Shown here piece after piece: positions 1-13,236 of a stretch of 64,000 nt of DNA. Under the pieces are notes generated by a model. That model made no database searches and was not told the DNA's origin. It saw only the letters and a list, made by a program, of their open reading frames with translations. Position 1 is the first letter of the stretch, and the number at the start of each line of letters is the position of its first letter. The DNA comes from the human T2T-CHM13v2.0 reference genome, Homo sapiens: NCBI RefSeq assembly GCF_009914755.1, contig NC_060937.1; one strand, 5' to 3'. The position numbers and the translations under genes are program-made.

Positions 1-89
1 GAATGCAGTCCAAAATGGAAACAGAACTGATGTTTTCTTTGGGAGACCAGAATAAACATTTAGTAAGAATGGTGGGAAAAGGCTCTGGA

Positions 90-265
90 TTATTCAGTTC
101 ATTATTTAACACATCTTGTGTCTTGTGCCCCTGTTATGCATTAGGCTCAGTGCAGGATGCTAAGAATATAGGAGGAAGCAATAGAGAAATGATTGTTCTT
201 GTCTTCATAGAGTTTATAATCTTGCATGGGGGACAGTCAACAAACAAGTTAACAAATACATAAAC
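90..265 (-). mobile_element. L2 LINE 3' fragment (ancient)
   Basis: Degenerate match to the reverse L2 3' end (ttcattatttaac...ttgtcttcatagagtttataatct...ggacagtcaacaaacaa). Confidence 0.55.
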
Positions 266-1564
266 TACGGACTCCTCTTTTTAGGAGAGAAAAGTATTAT
301 GTGTCAAGTATACAATATAATTTTTAGCTACACTAGGTAACTGTATGAGAGATTTTTCATTTATAATACCATTATTTATTGAACCCCCAAATTCCTACAA
401 ACAATGACATACTTTAGTAAAAGAAGCATATTTGTCTATGGATAATTTGTTTTTAGATAATCTTATTGAAAGCCAAGAAAAACTGTACTTTGTAAAGTCT
501 TCTTGGGTGGTAAAAGTTAATATGCTTTTCTAATCAGTCTGCCCCAGGTTCCAGAGATGAGTGTCCCAGGGAGCACATGCCCCCACATGCCTTCAAAGAT
601 GAGGCAGGGACCCCACGGGGTCAGTTTGTGTAGATATGGTTTTGAGTATCATTGCTGTGAAATAGCTGCAACCAACCAGCCAACCTTCAGCAGAAAGAAA
701 GGACAACCAAGGCACAGGAAAAGGTCAAGTTCTTGAGACAGTCACCAGGCAATGAAAGAAGACTGAAACAAATACATTCGGGGGAAAGATTTGCATAAAC
801 ATCATGGTTTCAGCACAGAAAGGGGCCTTAAGATGACTTCTGATCTTCTTTACAAAATCTTGAACAGTAGGAGCCCATTTCAAGAAGAGTCCAGGCGTAC
901 GGCTTCACTGATGTCTTGGGTTGATCCCTATCTCATCAATGTCAGGGGACAGCCTGAGTCCCGCACAGGGACTTCGGGGAAGCCTAGAGGAAAGGTGGCT
1001 GTGGGAGAAGGAGCTACAAACCTCCCTCCAGCTTTCTCCCTCAGAGTAATTGTCTTACTTTTGTTCCCATAAAAATCTAGGCTCCTGAGGTTATTCTCAA
1101 TGGAAAATATGGTGTAAGCGAATACTCGGTATGAATTTCAATGAAATCATGTTGTACTTCTGATCTTACAGGGAAATATTAAGATCCATGTTACATAGAA
1201 ATGCACTAGGCATTGCTGTCTCCCCATGAAACATGACTTAAGCACAGGATGTTTGGCAACAGCTTTATAACATAAGTCAAAATAAAATTGGTTTCCATGC
1301 CTCCCATATAGTTACATAAAAATCATAAGTGGCAGAAATGTCCATGTTTTACATTTATGCTTTATGAAGTATTTTGTGCTTTGTCCTATTATGTAACAAC
1401 CCAGAAAGAATATATGCACCGGTCAATTTTTCTCCACTTCTGCATACTTATTTTGTACCCTTTAAAATTAGAGTCCTGATCATGAAAAAGATCCAAGCAC
1501 AGACTATTTTTGTTGTAAAAATGAAATTAAAATTGTTCTTTATTATAATGAGGTGAATGTAGTT

Positions 1565-1740
1565 TGCACTTAGCAACACATTACACACCATTTATTCCTC
1601 ACAACGCGTTAGGTTTCCTTATGCACTTATGATATTTGAAGCTCAAAAATGCTAAATTATTTGCCCACATTCGTACAGCTAGTGCTGGGGATTAGAATTC
1701 AGATCTGAGTTACTATAAAGCCATGCTTTTTTCACTAAAA
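1565..1740 (-). mobile_element. MIR SINE fragment
   Basis: MIR core in reverse: catttattcctcacaac...aaattatttgcccacattcgtacagctagt...aaagccatgctttt. Confidence 0.65.
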
Positions 1741-3734
1741 GTTCTTCCTCTTATGCTCAATTTAATAACAGTTTAGTTAAATTTGAAACATTCCACTCTC
1801 ATTATCATATTAGAATTGTAAATATTCCTCCAGAACTAAAAGACCAAAAATCTATATTTTCTTATTTGATTGAATTATGGTTAAACTCCCAATACAGATA
1901 TAATGAAAACATAAAACAGCAAAAAAAAAAAAGCATAACAATATTGGCAGTCTTCATTTTGGACCTTTGAAGAGCACTGAGTCCATAAATGGGTCCCCTA
2001 AGACCTTTAGAAATGTATTTCCTTAAGGCCAAAAGGGTATGTATAACCCATGACAGGAATCTATAGTCAAACCTTTTCATATGAATTCTTAATCAAACAA
2101 TTTATAAAGAAATGAAACATTAAGGAATAATGGTGATGAGATTTCTTTTCATTTGTTCATCCAGGTTTTAAGAGTAACAACAAAATTAACATTCATTGCC
2201 GTACTTTTCTAACATTACAAATCTGTTCATTAGCCTCCTGGCACAGGAATCATAAAAATGATGAGGGGATGTTGAATTTATAACATCAAGGGAAGGTGAG
2301 AAATATGCTGCTCTTGATATTCAACATGAAGATACTGATGACTGACTCCAAAACTCCTGCTGGCCCACAGCTCCACATTCTCCTCAGACCAAACAGCCTG
2401 CAGCACAGGACCTTACCCACTGGGAGCTTATATCCACATTGGAATCAAAATTACTGAAATGCAACTGCTTTCAGCCTTTTCTCTCCACTACCCACTAAAT
2501 AGGGTTTCTATTTGGCTTTCAGCCTCTTCCTTCTCCCACTCTGCAAGGAGGGTCCTAATTTGTCTGACTAGTTCTTGTGCTCTGTGGTTCAGAATCAGAA
2601 AGAAATAGACAAAGTGGGCAACAAGAGAGGCAAAGAGAGCTGGAGGAATTGCACAAAAAAATAAAACACCTTGAAAAAAAGGTGCGAGAACAGCCATAGT
2701 AGCTGAACATACTGGATGGGAGAGAAAACTAATAGGGTCTTAAGGTATTTTGAGTAATGACATAGTTTTTATCTTCCTATGGCATTTGGAAATTCCAGTA
2801 TAGAATTTGACTTATTTTGAGGCACATTTTGTTGCATGGTTGTATTTGGTTTGTGTCCTTTAATGCTTATACCCCAGTAGGGCTGCACTATGTGGGCCAC
2901 CCACATATCAGTGTGACACAGTTTGGGGGAGAGCCAGGCAGGGGACATACACTATCACTGGCTTTTTGCTCCTCTTCAGGAACAACACTGACCCTTGCAG
3001 ATGCACTGTCAAGCTGTACTAGGATGGCACCATACGGAGGCCGTCCATGAGGAAAAGACCATGGGGAAGGCAGCAGTAATCCCAGCTATGTCCTATTCAT
3101 CCCTTCTGGATCTTCACCTCTAAGCAACCAAGATTTTATTCCCAGAGCTTTCTTCATGAAGCCTACCTGAGAAGGAACAATGACAAGGAGCTCACAGGGG
3201 CCAACTGTGGTCCAAGACTCTTCAGAGGATAAACTTCATGACAACAATCAAAACTTCACTTGACCACAGCTGTGTATTCACTTTCTGGAATTGCCTCATA
3301 CACAAGAAAAATGCCTTGAAATAAGAAAATCCTTGAATACCCTACCCATAAACTTTAAAAGTTGGAATCCCTTTCCATGAATCCATATGCCAGTATTTAT
3401 AGTATCTTCATGATCAGTTACTTTTCCAGTACATCTCAAGCATATTCTGATTTCCAGAACATTTTGAATCCCATCTTACTGTAACTAACCATGGAAAATC
3501 ATGGTGTGACAAACAGTAACAAAGCCATATACCAGTATACAAATAAAGTAAAATAAAATAACAAATAAAATACAGTAGTTCTACAATAGAATCATCATGA
3601 GAAGTGGTGGTTAAAATGGGGCACATGACAAGGGAAGCCTTAGCTTAGATCAATTCCTGGGAGAAAAAGAAGCGTTCTATATTTTAAAAGAACACCAAGC
3701 TTAACAGACCCATTCAAATCAATATTTCAGCCTA

Positions 3735-3781
3735 CGCTTGCGTGTGCACGCACACACACACACACACACTCATGCACGCAT
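3735..3781. repeat. (CA)n microsatellite with alternating purine-pyrimidine flanks
   Basis: cgcttgcgtgtgcacgcacacacacacacacacactcatgcacgca seen directly. Confidence 0.9.
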
Positions 3782-4761
3782 ACTCAATGACACCATAAAT
3801 TTCAGAGACTTAAAAGGCTTATACTCTTAGGCTTGTCACCTCAGCATTACTTTCTCCTGATCTGTAAAGCTGTTCTCAGGACAAGATCTGAGCTACCCAT
3901 GCTGAAACATAAGCTTAAGAAAAGAGAGGAGAGCCTGGCACCGAGTTATATTAGGATGCAATGTCTATTCAGCAAGAAAGCTCACTGGCTCTAAAGCATT
4001 TATATCAATTTTAAAGATTATTTGCAAAGAATCGTTTGGTTTCAGCAAAACACTCTGAAACAATTTCACAATTGCAATTCAATGCACTTGAAACCAAGAC
4101 TCCCTACCAGCTCAGCTCACAGCATGGAGACGTACAGTGTGGAGAGGTGGGGCCCATATATTGCATGGTGTCAGAACGCTGTCTGCCTGAAAAGCCATTC
4201 ATTACAAAATGCTGCATCTCAGGAGAATGAGCCTAGAAAAGTGAGGACCGCACAGCAGAGGAAAATGCAAGCTCTGTGTTTGCCATGATTTCAACAGCTG
4301 TGCCTCTCTTCTTTCTGGGATCAATGCACTATTTTATCTAACAGCAGGAAAGGAGAAGACTGCATAATGTGGCAGCAATACAAAAGGAGAGAATGTTAAT
4401 ATAGAGGCTGCAACTCAATTTCCCTAGAGACTGTACCCTCCAGAAGCCCAGGACTCCGGGATACAACATAATGAGAGAGAGCTGACTCAATGGAGCACGA
4501 CAAGTCATCACATTACAAGTCAGCTGGAACACCTGATGGAGTCACAATGTTTTCTCATTCTGTGGAGAGAACAATGAATGAGAAGGCTCTTAAGAGTTAG
4601 AAGCATAGCTATCAAGCAAGTGATTTGTATAAATAGATGACTTCTTCATGATACTGGCTGTTTAGGCCAACAGAGAGGATGACAGTGGCAGCATCGGTCG
4701 CTGCCATCTAAACATTCTATCTGGAAATAAGAAAGACATCTTCCTCCCATCTAATCCTCCG

Positions 4762-4990
4762 ACTAGAGCTGCAATGAAGTTGAGTCAAGTGAGGCACTAG
4801 CCTTGGGCAAAAATGTAATGAGGTGCCAAAACATCAGTCACCAAGGTAGTATTCCAACATAAGAGCTATTTTAATGAAAATCAATGCAAAAATATCCATG
4901 ATAAAAAAGTCACATTTTAAAATTAAAAACAGAAAACAATCTTACATCTGAACCACTCAGCTCACCCTCCTCACCCTAGTCCTGGTCCTG
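4762..4990 (+). mobile_element. MER96/MER96B-like hAT non-autonomous DNA transposon
   Basis: gagtcaagtgaggcactagccttgggcaaaaat...aatgcaaaaatatccatgat...ctcaccctagtcctggtcctg resembles the recalled MER96B consensus and its terminal repeat. Confidence 0.6.
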
Positions 4991-5054
4991 CCCCTCACAG
5001 GGATGTTGGTGGCATTAGATGATGGCTATGCCACGAAACTTTAAAAATAAAAAG

Positions 5055-5265
5055 CACTATTACCCTTGAGCACCTGCTGGAGTAAATGTATGGCCCCAGA
5101 CTCTCTATGAACAGAGTCTCACTTTGTTCTTGTAAAATTTTGAGGCTTCCATTATTGTTCCATTTTGCAAATGAGGCACCTGATGTTCTTAAAAGTCAAG
5201 CATCTGGGCTGGAATTGAATCCTGGATGTCTAATACCATCTTCTGTGCTGTTTCCACCCCATCAC
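5055..5265 (-). mobile_element. MIR SINE fragment
   Basis: cattattgttccattttgcaaatgaggcacctga...gggctggaattgaatcctggatgtct. Confidence 0.6.
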
Positions 5266-6913
5266 GCCATTATCCACTAACAATGAAACTCATCCTAAGA
5301 CTGGTTTAATGTATTTTAAGAACTTGAAATAATACGGAGAAATCAAGTGAGGTTGTCTGATGCCTGAGTTGATGAGTCAGACACTGCTCACCTTCTAAAA
5401 AGAGCCCTATGTCTCAGTATAGGAGCCTGTTAACAAAATTCATATCAGAAATAAGGTTCTAAGGATATGCAAGGGTGAAATCTGGGGTGAGCATAGAAAG
5501 AGGCAATAGAGGAGACTGTATGACTCTCTTTTTGTATTTACTTATATTTATTTTTATATTTTTTGCAGCCATGTGTTTGGATGAAGATGAGTACAAAGAA
5601 GCCAGGTAGCTTTATTTAAATGTGAAGTTTCTAGGAAGGGCCTCTCAACCCTTGCCCTATCTGTCCTGTCCTGCAACACATTTCAATACTAATTAGCTAC
5701 TTGCTCTTGGGCTCTAGCCTGTATATGGAAGAGTCCCATGTGGCCTTGTAGAAGGTGTGACTACTGGTACCACTGGATGACTCAGGACAGTTGATCAATC
5801 AACAGCTTCCCCTGGACCTGAAGCCAACATTTTCAAATGCATTGCATTGCTAACTTTTACTTTTTCACTGCTGGAGTTATTATTAGCTTCTCTCTTTAGT
5901 TTCATGAGGAAGGAAGCTATATTTCTGTAATAACATCTTAATAACTTTTAGCACTTCAAAATTATTTAAGGTTTTTACTACAGTATCTTTCTCTGGAGTC
6001 AGAGGATAAATACGTCCCTCTCCACCTGTGTCTCAGGTAAAAATGCAGTTGCTTTACCAGACAGTCACCAATATTCCTTCTAGCTCTAAAGTGCTGTGTT
6101 GATAAGTCCAGGAAAATGTGCTAAAGACAAGGATCAAAGAAGCAGAATGTGTGGAGCACATAAAGGGGACACGAGTCAGAAAGGAAGGCCTGGGGAAAGG
6201 AAGATCAATGTAAGGGAAATCCCTCAGGTGTTATAAATTAAGGACAGAAAGGTAAATTTTTAACAGGAGCAAAAGAGTAACAGCTACAGGCTGTAAGCTG
6301 GAGAGGGGATGTGGGAGTGGGGAAATAGAGAGAGAAAAACATTATCCCAGGTATTTCAGACACAGGAAATGTGTTTTCACAAGCCCTTCTTATAATGACT
6401 CTGAGGCTCACTGAAGCCTGAAAACCACTGGGCTAAAGCACAGTGTCAATGCCTTTGTTTAAAGATATGTCCATCACATTTCTTATGTCAACATCAAAAT
6501 GACTAGTGGGAAACAATATGTAAGGTGTTCTTGGTAAAAGAGGATATGCTAGCCAGTCTTATGTACACCACCAACACAGATGTCCCTACAATGTGCTAAG
6601 CAGGATACACCTCCTGTTCACATGACAGTTAGACGCAGAACTATTAATCTGTCCCATGACTGAGACTCTAACCAAAAGGAGGGACAAAGTTTACCTCCAG
6701 CCACTCGAGGGTGCTCCTGAAATGGGAGAGAGGGAAGCAGCTCAGGTTCAATCTGGGTTGGTTGTGGTGAGCAGAAACAATTTTCCAAACAACATCATAT
6801 GATGTCACTAGGGGCATTCCATGATGCTATACCATAAGTTACGGTATTTATATGAAATTTCTGAAGATATAAGGAAGCAATAAGAAACTAAAGTTTGGAT
6901 CAAAGAGGAAACA

Positions 6914-6993
6914 GAAGGAGGAGGAGAAGAAGGAGAAGGAGGAGGATGAGGAGGAGGACGAAGAAGAAAAAGAAGAACAACAACAACAACAAC
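6914..6993. repeat. Compound trinucleotide tract (GAG/GAA)n followed by (CAA)n
   Basis: gaaggaggaggagaagaaggag...gaagaagaaaaagaagaacaacaacaacaacaac seen directly. Confidence 0.9.
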
Positions 6994-7436
6994 ACATCAC
7001 ACCTTGGGTCAAAGCTATGAATTTCTACCTTCAGCTTCTGAGAAATGCAGAATCCTATGTCACAGATTTGAGAGCAATGAAGAATATTAACTTAGAGAAA
7101 GATAAAGGAATGCTAATATTTCCTCTTATATTTTAAAATTCTTGGAAAGATGAACTTGAGGAAAGAAAGGAGATTTTTCCTGCTTGGCAATCACAAATCT
7201 GAAAATGGTCAGAGCAAAATACACAGGGAGCATATTTTCAGAGTGGCATCCTTTCCAAATTCTATCTAGTCATCACCCTAATGGATAACCATGTTCATCA
7301 GTGCACAATTGGGGAAAATTATCTCTTGAGTGTTTGAGAGTTTGTTGGTGACTAATTACTATCATGGATTAAAAGAGAGACTATAACTCTTAACTAGATT
7401 TTATTATGAAGGTATATCCTATAGTTCTATTATATT

Positions 7437-7830
7437 GTATTAATTTTCTGTTGCTGCTGTATCAAATTATCATAAACTTAGTGGTTTTAATCTACAGAAA
7501 TTTATTGTTCTGTATGTCAAAATTCCAACACAGGTCTCAGTGGACTAAAATCAGGGTTGTGTTCCTTCCTGGAGTCTCTAAGGAACAGTCTGTTTCCTGA
7601 CCTTTTCTGGTTTGTAGAGGTTGCCTGTCTTCCTTGGCTCATGGCCTCTCTCCTCTATTTTCAAAGCCAGCAAAATTGCATCACTCTGTGCTTTTCCTCC
7701 ATAAACTCATCTCCTTCTTGGACCATAGCCCTAATTATAATGAGCTGCTTGGATAATCCAGGAAAATCTCCCTATATCCATATTCCTAACATAATCACAT
7801 CTGCAAAACCCTCCTGCCAATAGGAGGAAA
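7437..7830 (-). mobile_element. MaLR solo LTR (MLT1D/E-like)
   Basis: Begins tgtattaattttctgttgctgctgtatcaaattatcataaacttagtgg; contains ccttggctcatggcc and ataatcacatctgcaaaaccct. Confidence 0.75.
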
Positions 7831-9189
7831 TAAGGGAATGGGGGAAAGATCATGAAAAGGACCACAACTACTAACACTAAATAAATACCTAGTGGGTACC
7901 TGGTTCTCTGTTCATCAAACGTCAGCAGTTTGCTAAATTTGTTAATAATTGTCTTGTTTCAAAATGACTATATAAACATTTATTAAAGAAAATCAGTTGC
8001 ACATTAACCGTTGCAGACCAGTATCCAAGTGGATTGAGCCTAGTAATGGATTCCTGTCCTCAGGCTTGATAGACACCATGCTTGCCCAATGCACAGCAAG
8101 TCAACTCACTTCAGTACTCCCTAGAAAGTATAAATTTCCCTTTATATCAAATATCTCAAACTCCATGTTAATTCCCCCATTTTATACATCCAGTGTGAAC
8201 AAGCAAGAAAGGAAAAACAATGTAAATGAGATACGAATATGAATAAAATGGATCTCTTGCTTGGTGGAAGAGGTGAGGTACAGAAGGAAATAATGTACAG
8301 CTAGAGAGATTGCTAAAAAGTCAAATAAATACATCTAGGCTGGGATCCAAAGGAAGATTGCATTATTTTGCATGAAATGCTTTATTACCCAAGTTTAGAA
8401 ATGCTCATATTCAACTATATGATCATAAATCCATTCTAAAGCCAAATATGAATGGGTTTGGATCAACCACCATTAAAAGTATCTTAACTTCTTTTATTCA
8501 AAAATGGAAAGGGAATAATATCACCCAGTGTAACAGTTTGTCTTGGAATATATGTTATTAGTGAGCATAGCCATTTTGAGGAACTGCTAAGTTCCTTGAC
8601 CATAGAATGACACACACCACAGTAGAAGAGATTGACTGAAGCCTGCTCCTAGGGTATGCAAAACTTGATAAATCAACATGAAAAACATTTTCCAGGGAGC
8701 ACCCGGGAACAGTTATATTATCCATTTTTCTACCTCTAATTTCCTTGATTTCTGATTTTTACAATAGGAACCATACATTTTCACATTCATCATGAATAAC
8801 TTGTTTTCAACAAATGTATTAAGCAGGGAGTTGGGATGTTCCTAAACCTGCAAGAAATTCTTAATTTTTTTATTCTTATCTTACTCATCTTTAGTTGGTT
8901 GTATTTGCTATATGCATTGGATTTCTACCCCCCACTGTGAGACAGTCAGATCCATTTTATGTCATAAAATAAAGCCAACATATTTTGAACCAGTGTGAAA
9001 GTTTTAATTTTTAATATTTTATATTTAAATGATTAAATGAAATATACATCCTATTATATTGAAATTTTATTTATTAATACTTGATTTTAAGAAATAAAGT
9101 TTTTAAAGTATTACATTAGCTTCTAGGAAAAACTTTCCTGTCCCATAAATACTATTTCTACTAGTACAAATGCTCCCATGAGTGATCCC

Positions 9190-9400
9190 AATTGCTGAGT
9201 ATGTACTGTACCAGGTGCTGTACTACTGGTAGTGACATGGATTAGCTCATTTAATTCACACAGCAGCCACTTGAGATATGTTCTGTTATCCTCATTATGT
9301 AATAGGGGAAAATAGACTCAGGTAAATGACACAGCCAGGTCCCTTAGTGGGTATAGCAGGGAAGCTTGAACTTGAATTCAATTCAGATTTAAAGTCTATC
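9190..9400 (-). mobile_element. MIR SINE
   Basis: ttgctgagtatgtactgtaccaggtgctgtact...attagctcatttaattcacacagcagcc...ggtaaatgacacagccaggtc. Confidence 0.7.
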
Positions 9401-9596
9401 TCTCGCCCACACATTCTGATATCTTCACTCTATTTTGTTGCTGTCAATAATTAAAGAGAAGCTTTCTGAGCCACTCATATTTTCCCATTCATTCTCCTGT
9501 TTCAAGATAACTTTCTTTTTCTTTCACCAGATGGAAAATAATTGAGTTTGTGGAGTGGTATGTCATCCCAAGAGGAGAAAAAGCCCACAGCTTCCG

Positions 9597-10030
9597 AGTG
9601 GGTCTCCTGGGGCTCCTGTAAGGAAGTACTACAGACCGCGTGGCTCAGAACAGCAGGCATTCATTGTTTCATAGTTCTGGGCGGTAGAAGCCAAAATCAA
9701 GGGGCCAGCAGGTTGGTCCTACAGCCTCTGAGGGAGAATCCATCCCATGGCCCTCTCCCAGCTTCAGAGGCTGACAGCAATCCTGGTGTTCTTTGGCTCC
9801 TGCGGTGCTGACTCCTGTCTCTGCCTCTGTCATCGCGTGCTATTCTAGATGTGCCTGTGTCCAAATGTTCTTCTTATAAAGATAACAGTCATATTGGATT
9901 ATGGCCCACCCTAATGATTTCATCTTAACTTGATTACGTCTGCTAAGACCCAATTTCCACATATGGTCACATTAATAGGCACCAGAGGTAGGGACTTCAA
10001 TATCTCTCTTTAGGGGATGTAATTCCCTGA
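9597..10030 (-). mobile_element. MaLR solo LTR (MLT1C-like)
   Basis: catagttctgggcggtagaagccaaaatcaagg...cagtcatattggattatggcccaccctaatgatttcatcttaacttgattac. Confidence 0.8.
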
Positions 10031-11329
10031 AAAGTATCTTATCCGCTGAAAAGAAGATGTGGTACTTTTGGGGTTTTAATCCTTTGGGTGGCTTCCTCAG
10101 TCAGAGAAATCCATCCTCTGTGTAAACTCTAGAGTTTTCTTCCTGTAATTCTGCTTCGAGGCTCATCACTCTGCAGCCTAAAAGCTGCCATTGAGACACA
10201 AAGCAAAAATTACTTTGTGTTTACATGTTAAAAAAAAAAATCCTCTTCAGCATGCATCACGTTCCAGGGCTCTAAAAGTCAAACCAAACTACAGGCCTCT
10301 CTGAAAATGTTACCTGTGAGTTGTTGTTTCAATAAACAGCAACAGCAACAAAAATCCTATCCGTTCTTCAAGCCTCTTTCAAATTGTGATCTCTGTGAAG
10401 ATCACAGAGATCTCCCATTACTCTAAAAATGTCTCTCTTGCTCCTCTGCTCCCTAGTGGGTTGTTTCCTTTGTACTGTTGAGCTTTTTATATTCTCCCCT
10501 ATAATCCTCATGATCAAGTATTTCTTCCTTATTAGCTCACATTTTACTAGTTGTAGGCGGAGCAAATAATCATATTTGTCTTTTTTTCTCTTACATCTCC
10601 AGGTATACAATACCTTTTTACATAGAGGGTGCTGATTAAATGTTCAGCAAATTGACAGCTATACCGTCAAAAATTTCAGAAAATCTTGCATTTCCACAAT
10701 GACAGTTGCTACAGAAACAGTAACAAAGAGTCTTATGTCACTCTATATCTTTGAGCCCTGACTTACACATCTGTAAACTGTAGATAATAAAAACTACTTT
10801 GCAATCATGTCACAAAAATACAGTGAAACGCTAGGAAAGCTTCTTTGTAGGATATATTGGACATGGCAAATTGGATGGATATTTGTTGGCTGTCAATGTG
10901 TTAATTTCCCAATTCTGCTTCCGTGTGTTAAAGCCCTGAAAGCTATTGAATCTTGGTGAAAACACATAAGTGAAAAGCTATGACATGCATTTTTGTTACT
11001 TTATCTTTCTGGGCAATCAATTTGGGGGTACCTGGGAAAATTGCAGTGCCTGTCTGCTGTTTCTGTTGGGTCCAGTGGTTCTCTATTGATTAATTTATGC
11101 TCTGACTCATTTTGCAAAGAGTTTAAGATGCTTGGATCCTCATTAAGATTGAGGTCTTAGCTACCATATTTCTTATTCTTGGTAGTAAAAAATCGCTTAC
11201 CTAATCACAGATTGGTGCACCTGTTGAGGCAGAGCCAATGTTTACTTACCCACCCTACCATACCCAGCAGGTGCTCAACAAATAATGAACTGAATTGAAC
11301 TCCACTCAAGTCGGTGATTTCTAATCTAG

Positions 11330-12065
11330 TAGCTCCAGTCCCTCCTTTTACAAACAAATATTGTATGTTGTACCTATTTGCCAATCTGAAAAAAAAATTT
11401 ATATAACTTTCTCTTCACACATATTTTTTAAAAATTTAATGCCCTATAATATAAAAGAGCAAGAAAAATATAATTATTTAAAAAGAATGTGCATCTCAAT
11501 ATATAAATGATCAAGTTTGACTATCCTAGAAGAAATAATAGTTAACTACCTTGTAAACTATATGTTGTAAAGTTATAGAATAAACTTTAGAAAAATGGGA
11601 GTGTAATTAGTGTGAAATTAGAGTCATTATGACTATGACAGTTACAAATTCAAGCTGATACATATATGTTTTATTCCTATTGCTATTTGTGATAAGATTT
11701 TTCAAAATGGTGAACTTTTGGTAAAATTATCAACAAAAATAGTATGACCTTCTTTTGATTTAATGGTAAGTGAATTCCTTAAAAAAAAAAAACAGTGTAT
11801 GTTAAGCCATGCAAAAATTACTTTGTGTTTCCATGTAAAAAAAAAAAAAGAGAGATTTTATTAAAAAATGTTTCCTTTACTTGAACTAGAACAGGAATTT
11901 TGAAAGTCAGAGTGTGCACAGCAATGACTTCTTCTGTGTGCAGAACTGTCTTTCACTGTAAAAGACATCTGGATGGGGGAAGGTCCTTAACCTCATAAAA
12001 GCCAGAAGTGCTTCCTTATTTTCTTCTAGAAGTGTCTCCTTGGGAGTGGGGAGAGAGAACTACCT
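11330..12065. mobile_element. Ancient hAT-Charlie-type DNA transposon relic (MER113/MER20B-like)
   Basis: Shares motifs with 62400-62660 (aattcct...aaaatactttgtgttt..atgtaaaa...actgtc); family call tentative. Confidence 0.4.
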
Positions 12066-12719
12066 ATCTAGGTGAAAGTTCTTTCAGATCCTACCTTTGG
12101 ACATGATTTCCTCACATTCCAACAGCATCCACAGTGAAGTCTCTAATTTCCTTCACATTTCTCCTTCACAAGTCTCCTAAGTTCCATTGCTTGAGAATGC
12201 ACATCTTAACACTGTGACCAGCCAGCCAAAGTTCACTTAAAGGACTCATCTCACTATCCAACACAACAAAATGTTTGGTAACAAACGAACATACTCAAAG
12301 AAGAGCAAACTTTCCTTCCTTAGTCATTTCCTTATGCCTAAATTCTTTTGTAAAAGACTGAATCAATTTTCACATCTGAGTTCTGGTTCACCTACTACCT
12401 AGCACATGATAGGAACTCCTATGTGGCATAAAACATGGTAATGAGGCAGTCTGCATCTGCATGGCAGCTGACAAGGAATGCTTATACAAATATGGTATCA
12501 CTTAGTAAAACAGGCACTTTCATGCATGACACTAACCTGTGAAATGTACACAAATTCATATCATTATCAATAAATTAGTACAATCTACTCAGCTGTTTCT
12601 CACTTCTGAGACACTGCAGTCTAGCTCAGTGAATTGAGAAGGTCGTAATCATTGTTCCTCAGTGACCTTGTCTATTCTTGTATTTAATATTAACTCTAAG
12701 AGGCACCTGTCACAGTAAG

Positions 12720-12860
12720 TACTTCCACCTGTTGGAATGTAATTTCCAACATGTCTTTTTTATTCAGTAATATATCCTCAGAACCTAGAACAGGGCCTGG
12801 CATATAGTAGATGCTCAAAGCCAAAAATGTCTAGAATGAATGAATAAACAAGTGAATGCT
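12720..12860 (+). mobile_element. L2 LINE 3' end
   Basis: cctagaacagggcctggcatatagtagatgctcaa...gaatgaatgaataaa. Confidence 0.75.
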
Positions 12861-13074
12861 GTGTCCAATATGTGTGAATGCCATGTAAGCACAAAGGTAA
12901 AAAAAAGACAAACACCTGCCCTTGCAGATTTGCAGTTAAATGGAACATAATCTCTCTAATATTAGTGATGTGCCAACACATGTCTGTGTATATTTTAGGA
13001 GAATATAAAAAACAGAGAACTCATGTTTTTAGTGAGTGAGTCAATTTTATTCAGATGATTTTATTCAAAAGGCA

Positions 13075-13236
13075 GGCTGTTTCACTCTCAAAACTATGGA
13101 TAGTTGGGGCTGCACAATTCTTTGTTGCAGAGGGCTTTGCGTATTGTAGAATATGCAGTACCAGCAAGTGTCAGTAGCAAACCTCCAGCAGTGACAACAA
13201 AAATATCTCAGACATTTGTGCCAAGAGAATCACTGG
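13075..13236 (+). mobile_element. MER20 (hAT-Charlie) fragment
   Basis: ttggggctgcacaattctttgttg...cagtagcaaacctccagcagtgacaacaaaaatatctcagacatt...gagaatcactg. Confidence 0.7.

Noticed and set aside
4338-4532. 64-aa hydrophobic Cys-rich ORF on the minus strand
   Set aside because: GTG start, no recognisable family, and a composition typical of chance frames
6914-6993. Poly-Glu/poly-Gln coding appearance
   Set aside because: No enclosing ORF of meaningful length or convincing splice sites; simple repeat
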